64,000 nucleotides of DNA from Smithellaceae bacterium (GTDB lineage: Bacteria > Desulfobacterota > Syntrophia > Syntrophales > Smithellaceae). Under the pieces are notes generated by a model. The model searched no databases and had not been told where the DNA came from. It saw nothing but the letters and a program-made list of their open reading frames with translations. The position numbers were made by a program, and so were the translations under genes. The stretch lies in the NCBI GenBank assembly GCA_050008655.1, contig JBEKMF010000001.1:1445-65444 (forward strand), given 5' to 3'. Positions 36,896-44,502 of this stretch are shown here, piece by piece; position 1 is the first letter of the stretch; each line of letters opens with the position of its first letter.

Positions 36896-37270
36896 ATGGA
36901 AAAGGAAAACGGTAAGATAAAAAATTTCAGAGATCTGGATGTGCGGAAACTAGGTATGGAAATAGTCTTCGATTTTTATAAATATACAAAATCATTCCCC
37001 AAAGAAGAAGTATACGGTTTGGTAAGTCAAATGAGAAGAGCGGCTTTGTCGATTGCTTCCAATATCGCCGAAGGATTCAACCGTTACCATAATAAAGAGT
37101 ATCGTCAATTTTTATATGTTGCTCTCGGATCATGCGCCGAACTGGAAACGCAAATCGAGGTTAGTTTGCTTTTGGGATATATTACGCAATCCGCAAGATA
37201 TAAAATAATTGAGAAACTCGATTATGAATCGCGGATGTTGAGAAACTTGATAAAGCGCCTGAATGCGTAA
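36896..37270 (+). CDS. four-helix-bundle protein (23S rRNA intervening-sequence protein / Avd family)
   Basis: 124 aa with the family pattern F.DL.V...........Y....FPKEE.YGL.SQ.RRAA.SI.SNIAEG..R....E...FL..A.GS..E..T. Confidence 0.85.
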   Translation: MEKENGKIKNFRDLDVRKLGMEIVFDFYKYTKSFPKEEVYGLVSQMRRAALSIASNIAEGFNRYHNKEYRQFLYVALGSCAELETQIEVSLLLGYITQSARYKIIEKLDYESRMLRNLIKRLNA

Positions 37271-37333
37271 AGTGCGCCTCGTAGCTCGCGCTTCACGTTT
37301 CACGCTTCACGAAACACGAAAGGAGTTTTTATC
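37271..37333 (+). promoter_or_regulatory. structured junction element J2 (heptad array CTTCACG-TTTCACG-CTTCACG-AAACACG plus RBS)
   Basis: Only the right-arm polarity of the CGTGAAGCG/CGCTTCACG element is present. The 3' end (ACGAAAGGAGTTTTTATCATG) parallels J3 and J4 (ACAAAAGGAATTTATAATG). Confidence 0.7.
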
Positions 37334-37777
37334 ATGGATAACAGAATTATTTTGCTGGTGGAGGATAATCCCGATGATGTCGAGTTGACTCTAAGGGCAT
37401 TCAAGAAAAACGATATCTCCAATAAGGTGATCGTGGCCAAAGACGGTGTGGAAGCATTAGATTACCTTTTTGGAAAGGGAATGTATGCAGGACGGGAAAT
37501 AAATGATCTGCCCGTAGTTACCCTGCTGGATTTGAAACTCCCCAAAATAAGCGGCCTGGAGGTGCTGAAGGCCATCCGCCAAAATGAGTTCACCAAACTA
37601 CTGCCGGTGGTCATCCTCACGTCTTCAATGCATGAACGGGACGTGGTCAACGGGTATAAACTGGGCGTTAATAGTTATGTCCGCAAACCGGTTGACTTTA
37701 AAGAGTTTGTGGAAGCTATCAAATTTCTAGGCCTGTACTGGCTGGTCTGGAATCAACCTCCTCCTTTGGGAAAGTAA
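37334..37777 (+). CDS. single-domain response regulator (CheY-like receiver)
   Basis: Motifs ILLVEDNPDD, LLDLKLPK (phospho-acceptor Asp), ILTSS and KPV. Confidence 0.9.
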   Translation: MDNRIILLVEDNPDDVELTLRAFKKNDISNKVIVAKDGVEALDYLFGKGMYAGREINDLPVVTLLDLKLPKISGLEVLKAIRQNEFTKLLPVVILTSSMHERDVVNGYKLGVNSYVRKPVDFKEFVEAIKFLGLYWLVWNQPPPLGK

Positions 37778-37852
37778 TTCGTGAAGCGTTGTTCGTGAAG
37801 CGTATCTCGCTCTTCACGCTTCACGAGATGCGAGATACAAAAGGAATTTATA
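37778..37852 (+). promoter_or_regulatory. structured leader element J3
   Basis: 2 x CGTGAAGCG, GTATCTCGC, CTTCACGCTTCACG, CGAGAT-GCGAGATAC, then AAAAGGAATTTATAATG. There are several mutually exclusive 6-9 bp pairings. Confidence 0.75.
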
Positions 37853-40099
37853 ATGGCAAAAAAAGTTTTATCTGCACCAAGCAAGCTGAAACCTAAAATT
37901 AGCAAGCCGCAATTACTCCGGGTATTGGTAGTTGAAGATTCGGAAGACGATGCTCTGCTGATAATTCGTGAACTGAAAAAAGGCGGTTACAATCCGGTGT
38001 ATGAACGGATGGAAACAGCACCAGCGATGAAAAAAGCCCTCAGCCAGAAGCCCTGGGACATCATCCTTTGCGATTATAAACTGCCGAAATTCAATGCGCC
38101 CTCAGCCATTACCGTATTAAAAGAAACAAATATCGACATCCCTCTCATCATTGTATCCGGCACTATCGGTGAAGAGACGGCTGTAGAGTGTATGCGCTCG
38201 GGCGCCAAAGATTATGTCATGAAGAGTAACTTATCGCGTCTGTGCCCCGCCATTAAAAGAGAATTAGAAGAGGCAAAAACAAGAGTCCAACGCAAGCGGG
38301 CAGAAGAGGCGCTGCAGGTGAGCGAGGAGAAATATCGTGCCATTATTGAGAACATGCAGGAGGGTTATTTTGAACTTGACCTTGCCGGTAATTTTACCTT
38401 CGTTAATGACGCTGAGTGTATAAATCTGAGATATCCTCGAGAAGAACTGATCGGAATGAACAACAGGCAGTATCAAGATGAAACAAACGCTCAAAAAATG
38501 TATCAACTCTTCAGAGAGCTTTACAGAACAGGTGAACCGGTTAAGGCATTAGATGTTGAAATTATCAGAAAAAACGGGACGAAAGGTTTTAACGAAATTT
38601 CTGTATCTCTTGTCCGGGATGCAGAAGGTAAACCGATCGGATTTTGGGGTGTTTCTCGGGATGTCACCGAGCGCAAGCAGGCCGAGCAGGCGCTACGAGA
38701 GAGCGAAGCCCAGTATCGGCTGCTGGCCGACAACATGCAAGACCAAGTATGGCTCATGGACCTGAACTTAAAACCGACATACATCAGCCCATCTGTTGAG
38801 AAGATACGGGGATACACATTTGAAGAGATTGCGCAACTTCCGCTGGATAAGCAACTCACGGCAACATCCTTACAGTCGGCGATGGAGTTTTTCTCCATTG
38901 AGATGCCCAAGGCGCTGGCAGATCCAACCTATTTCGCGCTTCCACTGGAACTAGAGTTCTACTGTAAAGACGGCTCAACTCTATGGGTGGAAAGCACGTT
39001 TAGTCAAGTCCGGGACGAAAATGGTAAGCCGTTATCCCTACTGGGCGTCGGTAGAGACATCACCGAGCGCAAGCGAACGGAGGAAGCACTGCATAAAAGC
39101 GAACATCTACATAGAGTTATCACAAATAACATTCGGGACACCGTAGCGCTGCTGGACATTAATTTTCGCGCAACATGGATCAATCCGTCAGTAACCAAAA
39201 CACTAGGATTTACTCTGGACGAACTTGCCCAAGTCCCTCTGGAGCGGCAAGTAACGCCGGATTCTATGCAGCGTATGCAGGATCTCATGCTGGAGCATCT
39301 TACAGCAGAAAATTTGACCGATAAAAACAAGGAACTTAATGTCACCGGCGAGTTTGAATTTTACCGGAAAAACGGCGATATTTTCTGGGATGAGATGAAT
39401 ATATCGCTTCTGCGGGATACAGATGGAAAGCCCACCGGCTTTCTGACGGTAGGCCGCGACATCACCGAACGCAAACGAGCGGAGGAAGAACGTAAGCAGA
39501 GCTTTGAGCGGATGAGAAAAGCTCTGAGAGCCACGGTTCAAGCCATCTCTCTGACTGTGGAAATGAAAGATCCCTATACTTCGGGTCATCAACGGCGAGT
39601 ATCCGATCTGGCCCGGGCGATAGCGACAGAAATGGGCTTATCGGCAGACCGGCGGGACTTTATCCGCACTGCCGCCACTATTCATGACATCGGTAAAATA
39701 GCCATTCCATCGGAGATACTCAGTAAACCGACAAAACTGACTGATCTGGAATTCAGTTTGATTAAAACACACGCCCAGGCAGGCTATGATATCCTGAAAG
39801 ATATCGAATTTCCCTGGCCCGTGGCCGATGTCGTCCTTCAGCATCATGAACGGATGGATGGATCCGGCTATCCTCAGGGCCTCAAGGGAGCTAATATTCT
39901 TCTGGAGGCACGGATTCTGGCCATCGCCGACGTTGTGGAAGCCATCGCTTCCCACCGTCCCTATCGTCCGGCATTTGGAATTGATATTGCCTTGAAGGAG
40001 ATTTCCGATAATAAGGGTATCCTTTATGATGCAGTTGCCGTGGATGCCTGTCTGAAATTATTTCGAGAGAAAGGCTACGGCTTGGTTTTAAAAAAGTAG
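37853..40099 (+). CDS. response regulator with REC, about 4 PAS domains and an HD-GYP (c-di-GMP phosphodiesterase-type) domain
   Basis: REC (VVEDSEDD, LCDYKLPK), repeated PAS-end signatures (GVSRDVTERK, GVGRDITERK), and HD-GYP motifs (HDIGKI, HHERMDGSGYPQGL). Confidence 0.9.
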   Translation: MAKKVLSAPSKLKPKISKPQLLRVLVVEDSEDDALLIIRELKKGGYNPVYERMETAPAMKKALSQKPWDIILCDYKLPKFNAPSAITVLKETNIDIPLIIVSGTIGEETAVECMRSGAKDYVMKSNLSRLCPAIKRELEEAKTRVQRKRAEEALQVSEEKYRAIIENMQEGYFELDLAGNFTFVNDAECINLRYPREELIGMNNRQYQDETNAQKMYQLFRELYRTGEPVKALDVEIIRKNGTKGFNEISVSLVRDAEGKPIGFWGVSRDVTERKQAEQALRESEAQYRLLADNMQDQVWLMDLNLKPTYISPSVEKIRGYTFEEIAQLPLDKQLTATSLQSAMEFFSIEMPKALADPTYFALPLELEFYCKDGSTLWVESTFSQVRDENGKPLSLLGVGRDITERKRTEEALHKSEHLHRVITNNIRDTVALLDINFRATWINPSVTKTLGFTLDELAQVPLERQVTPDSMQRMQDLMLEHLTAENLTDKNKELNVTGEFEFYRKNGDIFWDEMNISLLRDTDGKPTGFLTVGRDITERKRAEEERKQSFERMRKALRATVQAISLTVEMKDPYTSGHQRRVSDLARAIATEMGLSADRRDFIRTAATIHDIGKIAIPSEILSKPTKLTDLEFSLIKTHAQAGYDILKDIEFPWPVADVVLQHHERMDGSGYPQGLKGANILLEARILAIADVVEAIASHRPYRPAFGIDIALKEISDNKGILYDAVAVDACLKLFREKGYGLVLKK

Positions 40100-40184
40100 C
40101 TGACGGTGGCCGGTGAAGCGTCGTTCGTGAAGCGTATCTTGTGCTTCACGCTTTACAAGATGTTAGATACAAAAGGAATTTATA
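40100..40184 (+). promoter_or_regulatory. structured leader element J4 (paralogous to J3)
   Basis: GGTGAAGCG-tcgtt-CGTGAAGCG-TATCTTG-tg-CTTCACG-cttta-CAAGAT-GTTAGATAC-AAAAGGAATTTATAATG. It carries a compensatory change relative to J3 (TCTCG/CGAGA becomes TCTTG/CAAGA). Confidence 0.75.
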
Positions 40185-43100
40185 ATGACAAAAAGAACTG
40201 AATCTACCGCAAGCAAGCCGCAATCACTTCGGGTATTGATGGTTGAAGACTCGGAAGACGATGTGCTGCTGATAATCCGTGAGCTGAAAAAAGGCGGCTA
40301 CAATCCGGTGTATGAATGGGTGGAAACCGCCACCGCCATGAAAAAAGCCCTTAAGGAAAAGCAATGGGACATTATTCTTTGCGATTATAAACTGCCGAAA
40401 TTCAATGCTCCCTCCGCCATTGCCCTGTTAAAGGAAGCAAATATCGACATCCCTCTCATCATTGTATCCGGAACTATCGGTGAAGAGACTGCTGTGGAGT
40501 GCATGCGTCTGGGCGCCCATGATTATATAATGAAGAACAACTTATCCCGTCTCTGCCAAGCTATAACCAGAGAATTAGAAGGGGCAGATTCAAGAAGCAG
40601 ACGGAAACAGGCGGAAAAGTCACTCCGGGAGTCCGAAGAGAGATTCCGCAGTCTGTTCGAAAATTCCTTAATGGGAATATCTGCGGCAACGCCTAACGGA
40701 CATCTGATTCACGCCAATCCAGCGTATGCCCTGATGTACGGCTATGACAACCCGGTACAGATGATCGCTGCGATAACCGATATTGGGCATCAGCTTTATG
40801 CAAACCCGGAGGAACGGAAGGAAGTGCTACGGCTTCTAAGCAAGAAGGGCTTCATGGAACCAAGGGAAGTGGAAGTGATTAAACGCGATGGAACGCGGTT
40901 TTCTGTTCTCGTTTCAGCGCGGGAAATCAGAGATGCCGGCGGCAAACTGCTTTACTACCAAGCCGCGCACCTGGACATTACCGACCGGAAGAAATTAGAA
41001 GAAATTCTGGTAAAAGAGCGGGAGGACCTTAAACTCATTATCGATGCTTCGCCGATCAGAGTTTTCTTCAAAGACAAAGAGGGGAAATTTATACGCGTCA
41101 ATAGGATATATGCCAAGACGCTCAACATGCCGGAAGAAAATATCATAGGAAAAACGGTCTTTGACCTTTATTCCCCGCAGATTGCTCAAAGCATGACTGG
41201 CGATGACCAGGAGGTTTTCCAATCACGACGTCCTAAACTTAACATAATAGAACAATATGAATCTGCCAGCGGCATACGATGGGTGCAGACAGATAAGATT
41301 CCGATCTTTGATAAAGATGGCGTTCCAGTCGGTCTCATAGGTTTTGCACAGGACATCACCGACCGGGAGAAATTGCAGGAAATTCTGGTAAAAGAGCGGG
41401 AGGACCTTAAACTCATTATCGATGCTTCGCCGATCATAGTCTTTTATAAAGATAAGGAAGGCAGATTTATACGCGTCAATAAGATATTTGCCGACGCTCT
41501 TAATATACGTGAAGAATCTTTCGTGGGAAAAACAGTCTTCGACTTTTATTCCCCGCAGATTGCTCAAAACATGACTGACGATGACCAGGAGGTTCTCCAA
41601 TCACGGCGCCCCAAACTTAACATAATAGAACAATATGAATCGGCAAGCGGCCTACGATGGGTGCAGACAGATAAGATCCCGATTTGTGACAAAGATGGTA
41701 TCCCACTCGCTCTTATAGGCTTTGCACAGGACATCACCGACCGTAAGCAGACAGAGAGGGCTTTACGCGAGAGCGAAGAAAACTTCCATATTTCTTTGGA
41801 TAATTCCCCGCTGGGAGTCCGCATTGCGACCGCAGAAGGCGAGACACTTTATGCCAATCAGGCGGTTCTGGATATGTTCGGCTACACAAGTATTGACGAG
41901 CTGAGAAAAACACCCCTGAAAGATCGTTATACACCGGAGAGTTATGCCGATTTCCAGATAAGAAAGAAAAAAAGAGGGCGGGGTGAGTTTGCCCCATCTG
42001 AATATGAAATAAGCATCGTGAGAAAAAACGGTGAGATCCGTCATCTTCGGGTTTTCCGCAAAGAAGTCATTTGGAACGGCGCAAAACAGTTTCAGATCAT
42101 CTACCAGGACATTACCGAACGCAAACAAGCCGAGGAGACGTTGCGTGAGAGCGAGGAGAAATATCGTAATATTCTGGAAAGCATCGAAGACGGTTATTAC
42201 GAAGTTGATCTTGCCGGCAACTTAACTTTTTTCAACGATTCGCTATGCCGTATAAACGGGTATCCGCGGGAAGAATTGATGGGGATGAATAACCGGCAAT
42301 ATACAGATGAATATAACGCGAAACAAATATTTCAAGCTTTTAATGAAGTTTATAGAACGGAAAAGCCCGCTACCGGATATGAATATGAGGTTATCAGGAA
42401 AGACGGCGCCAAAGCCTATATTGCCGCCTCTATATCGTTGCGCAAAGATGCAGCGGGTAAAAAAATCGGTTTCAGAGGGATTATACATGATATCACCGAG
42501 GCCAAGAGAACGGAGGAGGCGCTAAAGAAGAGCGAAGAAAAATACCGGCTAACTTTTGCGAGCACCTCTGACATCATTTTTACGGTTGATCCAGAATTAA
42601 AAGTTTCCAATATTACTCCCAGTGTCGAGAAAGTATTGGGCTATAGCCCTGAGGAATTGATCAACAAACACTTCTCGGATTTGAATCTTATGACGCCGGA
42701 ATCACTGGAAAGAGCAATCTTCAATGTGCAGCAAGTTTTCTCCGGTCTCGATGTCCCAAACGCTATTTACGAATTTATAACAAAGGATGGAGTAAAAGGA
42801 ATAGGCGAAGTTACCGGTTCGCCAATCATTCAAGAAAATAAAATCATTGGTGTCACCTGCGTGGCCAGAGATATTACCGAACGCAAGCTGGCGGAGACGG
42901 CGCTAACCAAGAGTGAAGAAAAATACCGCAGCCTCGTGGAAAACGCGCAGGAAGGTATCTACCAGTCAGCCGTCGGATATCTTACCTTAAACCCAGCACT
43001 CGCGCATATGCTGGGCTATGATTCCCCCGAAGAAGTCATGGCAACCGTCACCGACATTGCCCGGCAGCTTTATGTCAACCCGGATGACCGCAAGAAATTG

Positions 43101-43883
43101 CTGGAAATAGTAAATGAAAAAGGTTCTATAACGAATTTTGAAACAGAGTATTATAAAAAAGACGGCAGCCGTATCTGGGTATCCATCAACATGCACGCTG
43201 TCCGGGATGATCAGGGACACATTCTCTATTACCAGGGAATTAATCAGGACATTACGGAGAAAAAGAAAATAGAAGCGGAACGGCAGGAAAATATCGCACG
43301 CTTAAGAAAATCTCTGGGCGCCACAATTAATGCCATGGCTGTAACTGTCGAAACAAGAGACCCCTACACGGCAGGCCATCAACGAAGAGTGGCTGATCTG
43401 GCGCGCGCTATTGCCACGGAGATGAATCTCACCGGCGATCAAATCGACGGCGTGCGCATGGCCAGCATGATTCATGATATCGGCAAGATATCCATTCCTT
43501 CCGAGATTCTCACCAAACCGACTAAGCTTACCAACCTGGAATTTAATTTAATTAAAACGCACCCGGCATCCGGATATAATATCCTCAAAGACATTGAGTT
43601 CCCCTGGCCCATCGCCCAGATTGTTCTGGAGCATCACGAACGTATAGATGGCTCCGGTTATCCGAACGGCCTTAAGGGAGAGCAAATCCTCCTGGAATCG
43701 AAGATTATAGCCATAGCCGATGTAGTGGAAGCCATTTCTTCGCACCGGCCCTATCGCGCCGCCTTCGGCATTGATGCGGCATTGGATGAGATCACTAAAA
43801 ACAGGGGTATTCTCTTTGATCCTGATCTTGTGGATGCCTGTCTGCGGCTTTTCCGGGAAAAGAATTATAATCTGGCCGCTTGA
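40185..43883 (+). CDS. response regulator with REC, about 8-9 PAS domains and an HD-GYP domain
   Basis: 1232 aa. The REC domain is about 85% identical to that of the upstream paralog. It has many PAS-end signatures (DITDRK, DITERK, DITEAK, DITEKK) and HD-GYP motifs (HDIGKI, HHERIDGSGYPNGL). Confidence 0.9.
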   Translation: MTKRTESTASKPQSLRVLMVEDSEDDVLLIIRELKKGGYNPVYEWVETATAMKKALKEKQWDIILCDYKLPKFNAPSAIALLKEANIDIPLIIVSGTIGEETAVECMRLGAHDYIMKNNLSRLCQAITRELEGADSRSRRKQAEKSLRESEERFRSLFENSLMGISAATPNGHLIHANPAYALMYGYDNPVQMIAAITDIGHQLYANPEERKEVLRLLSKKGFMEPREVEVIKRDGTRFSVLVSAREIRDAGGKLLYYQAAHLDITDRKKLEEILVKEREDLKLIIDASPIRVFFKDKEGKFIRVNRIYAKTLNMPEENIIGKTVFDLYSPQIAQSMTGDDQEVFQSRRPKLNIIEQYESASGIRWVQTDKIPIFDKDGVPVGLIGFAQDITDREKLQEILVKEREDLKLIIDASPIIVFYKDKEGRFIRVNKIFADALNIREESFVGKTVFDFYSPQIAQNMTDDDQEVLQSRRPKLNIIEQYESASGLRWVQTDKIPICDKDGIPLALIGFAQDITDRKQTERALRESEENFHISLDNSPLGVRIATAEGETLYANQAVLDMFGYTSIDELRKTPLKDRYTPESYADFQIRKKKRGRGEFAPSEYEISIVRKNGEIRHLRVFRKEVIWNGAKQFQIIYQDITERKQAEETLRESEEKYRNILESIEDGYYEVDLAGNLTFFNDSLCRINGYPREELMGMNNRQYTDEYNAKQIFQAFNEVYRTEKPATGYEYEVIRKDGAKAYIAASISLRKDAAGKKIGFRGIIHDITEAKRTEEALKKSEEKYRLTFASTSDIIFTVDPELKVSNITPSVEKVLGYSPEELINKHFSDLNLMTPESLERAIFNVQQVFSGLDVPNAIYEFITKDGVKGIGEVTGSPIIQENKIIGVTCVARDITERKLAETALTKSEEKYRSLVENAQEGIYQSAVGYLTLNPALAHMLGYDSPEEVMATVTDIARQLYVNPDDRKKLLEIVNEKGSITNFETEYYKKDGSRIWVSINMHAVRDDQGHILYYQGINQDITEKKKIEAERQENIARLRKSLGATINAMAVTVETRDPYTAGHQRRVADLARAIATEMNLTGDQIDGVRMASMIHDIGKISIPSEILTKPTKLTNLEFNLIKTHPASGYNILKDIEFPWPIAQIVLEHHERIDGSGYPNGLKGEQILLESKIIAIADVVEAISSHRPYRAAFGIDAALDEITKNRGILFDPDLVDACLRLFREKNYNLAA
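40976..41731 (+). repeat. in-frame tandem duplication of a PAS module (2 x 378 nt)
   Basis: The protein repeat runs ITDR(K/E)KL(E/Q)EILVKEREDLKLIIDASPI...GFAQDITDR. A run of about 58 nt (GAAATTCTGGTAAAAGAGCGGGAGGACCTTAAACTCATTATCGATGCTTCGCCGATCA) is identical in both copies; the remainder is about 85% identical. Confidence 0.85.
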
Positions 43884-43894
43884 TGATATTTTAT

Positions 43895-44479
43895 TTATCT
43901 TGCAGTTTTTATAAACAGAGCTGATTTACTTAAGGAAATATGCGGACTATAGCCAAGAGTAAATCCTGTTTTTAAGGCTAAATGAACAGTCTGGGCGAAT
44001 TTTGCTTTTGTAACATGGATTTTCGGTTCCGCCATTAAAAATCTACCGTCATCTTTTAACAAAGAATGTAACTCGGCAAAAAACCGCACTTTGTCGGGAA
44101 CCTCGTGTACCATCCAGAAAGCCAAAATAAAATCCAGCTTCGTTTTAACTCCTAACGAATCTGAAGATGCCAACTGAAGCTCAATGCGCTGTAATACGTT
44201 AGCGCGTTGCGCCCTCTTTCTTATGGCGTTAAGCATTTCTTGTTGAATATCGGCGGCAATCACCCGCCCGCTATCATCAACCAGTTCCGCCAGAGGTATC
44301 GTAAAATAACCGATCCCGGGGCCGACATCCAGAACGGTGTCTCCTTCTTTTACGTAAGGCCGAAGAATTTCATACGGATCTTGCAGTAATTTACGAAATA
44401 CATTGTCAAAGGTAAAACACAGCCAACGCGGACAAACGTGTTTAAATCTAAAAAAGAATAAGTCGGAAATTTTGTTCAT
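43895..44479 (-). CDS. class I SAM-dependent methyltransferase
   Basis: Motif I (VLDVGPGIGYFT), post-I acidic residue (AADI) and 194 aa length. Confidence 0.8.
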   Translation of the reverse strand: MNKISDLFFFRFKHVCPRWLCFTFDNVFRKLLQDPYEILRPYVKEGDTVLDVGPGIGYFTIPLAELVDDSGRVIAADIQQEMLNAIRKRAQRANVLQRIELQLASSDSLGVKTKLDFILAFWMVHEVPDKVRFFAELHSLLKDDGRFLMAEPKIHVTKAKFAQTVHLALKTGFTLGYSPHISLSKSALFIKTAR

Positions 44480-44502
44480 ATTACTTCTTGGGTCGTTTCC
44501 GT

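Noticed and set aside
35348-37270. Diversity-generating retroelement (DGR) hypothesis. An Avd-family four-helix-bundle gene lies next to two near-identical 342-nt repeats that could be a template/variable repeat pair.
   Set aside because: No reverse transcriptase gene is present in the window. The about 24 differences between the repeats are a mix of transitions and transversions at all four bases, mostly silent third positions, not adenine-specific substitutions. Both copies are in-frame PAS domains of the same gene.
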